The position numbers were made by a program, and so were the translations under genes. From Lingula anatina (lineage: Eukaryota; Animalia; Brachiopoda): DNA of 64,000 nucleotides. This document shows positions 62,464 through 64,000 of the stretch, in pieces. The DNA lies in NCBI GenBank assembly GCA_051362555.1, contig JBPQGU010000016.1, positions 6,138,001 to 6,202,000 of the forward strand, in the 5' to 3' direction. A model generated the notes under the pieces. That model had not been told where the DNA came from. It saw only the letters and a program-made list of their open reading frames with translations, and searched no databases. Position 1 is the first letter of the stretch, and the number at the start of each line of letters is the position of its first letter.

Positions 62464-64000
62464 CTTTTTGGGTGTGTTTAAATGGACCTAACTTTCTTAC
62501 CTCTTTTCTTGATATCCTCAGCAAGTGACACACTGTTTGCATCTTTAATGTCGGCTAAAGCTAAAAAATATGGAATAGAAACCAAATGAAACAAAATCCA
62601 TGTTCAAACAGAATTCGGGCACAAATACGGAATTACATTGTTGAAAACACATTCAAAGACATAATTCACTTAAAATAAATTTGGAATTTCTTAAGTATGC
62701 TAAAGACAAGACTTTGGATAAGCAACGTGGTGTGTGTGTGTACTGTGTGAGAGTGCATGTTAGTGCGTGTGGACGCATATGCATTACTGAGTTTCTGGTC
62801 TCACCTATCTCCTCAATACTTTTAACAACTGTTAAAACTGTTGCATATTTCTTGTCTTTGGTATCAACTGAAAGAACAGAAGCAAATTTAAAGGAGTGCA
62901 AATCATGTTCAATCTTTACACAGTTAAAAGCATGGATTTTTCTGAAAATAAAGAGTGTGTGTGTGTGCAAGTGTGCACATGTGTACATTTCATATGTGTA
63001 TTAAAATAATAAATATTTTACTGAGATTCCTGTCTTACCTGTCTCTTCAGTGTTAGGAGCCTTTACTCTGTTATCACTCTTGGTATCAACTGAAACAGAA
63101 TAATTAAAATGAAAGGGAATACAATTTATATTGAATCTAAGCTTAATTAACACGTTACGTTACGGCAGTAGTAATGTAATTACAGGTAAGTCAGAAACAA
63201 CAGGGGATGTGTTAGTCAGTTACATTTTTTTATTAATCTGATTGCATTCTGAAGTTTCTATGGAGTTAGTGCACATTAGCTAGGTAGACAAAATTGACCA
63301 AATTCATTGTGAATGGTCCCTGGTAATCAACAGCTTCAAGGGTCAAGACTTGCACCCTGAGAGTTAAGGTGTTTGTAGTAAAAAACAATGATACTTTTAC
63401 TTCAAGATTCCTTGCAAATAGTGAGAATGAACAAACACACCAAGTAAATTGCTAAAATCAACTGAATTATTACCTGCAATTTGCTTATCACTGGTGTGGA
63501 CTTCAGGTTCATATGTGTAGTTCTCCCCATGTACAAGTCACTTCCATGCTGTCCTTGGTGGTCACCTGGAGGCACCTGTTCCTAAAGGGTTCAGGCTCCC
63601 ATATCCAGCCAGACCCAGGGTGGTAAGGCTAAATAAATAAATAAATAAATAAATTGAAGATAAGTTGATGTCTGAAATGAAAAAGAAAATTCAAATGAAA
63701 AGATACATATATTTAAAATTTGACTAATCAAATACATTGTAATCTACAAGAAATGAATGAAGCTAAAAAAAAAAAAAAAACACTTAAATTTGCTGAACTT
63801 AGATTTTATTTTTCAATAAAAAGGAAAATTATTTTCATCTCAGTTCATTTGTCATTACAAATAAATTAATATATTATACTTACGTTTTGCGGTCTAACAA
63901 ACTTCCACTCTATATTTGCAGCCTTGGGCAGAAGAACTTCCGCCCTTAGAACAGGGACACCCAACTCGGTGCACCTAGCAAGGTTTACACCACGTTGGGT
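61868..64000 (-). CDS. 3' part of a multi-exon gene of unknown function; exons 63884->64000, 63474-63628, 63039-63089, 62805-62867, 62501-62560, 62242-62289 and 61868-61950
   Basis: All exons have polypyrimidine-AG acceptors and GT donors. Four are symmetric phase-1 exons (51, 63, 60, 48 nt) that are open in frame, and the last encodes APKDRRPSRWRRLFNLFTSCFRRRSRT*. One extra base in exon 63474-63628 breaks the frame. Confidence 0.7.

Overview
AT-rich eukaryotic DNA with GT-AG introns and many transposon remnants. It is probably from an invertebrate, possibly a mollusc-like lophotrochozoan, but that is inferred from the repeat types only. Host genes: exons of a + strand Ig-domain transmembrane protein (6987-7930, 18606-~18759) and the 3' end of a - strand gene built from short phase-1 exons (61868-64000). 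The dominant structure is a ~20 kb locus at 23731-43846: about 6.9 near-identical head-to-tail 2575-bp units plus an inverted, partly diverged copy on the left. Each unit carries a minimal type-I hammerhead ribozyme, an intact 188-209 aa basic/coiled-coil ORF and ~13 short hairpins sharing a GAGAN loop. It encodes no reverse transcriptase or endonuclease. The inverted segment starts at the predicted ribozyme cleavage site. This looks like a non-autonomous, protein-coding Penelope-like or retrozyme-like element. Further right are degraded DNA transposons (pogo-like, hAT, an intron-containing integrase, a Zn-finger/SWIM-type transposase-like gene) and a nearly intact DIRS retrotransposon. The DIRS ORF1 is interrupted by a 323-bp TRIM whose LTRs contain a tRNA-like cloverleaf. 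All calls are by eye; no searches or folding programs were run.
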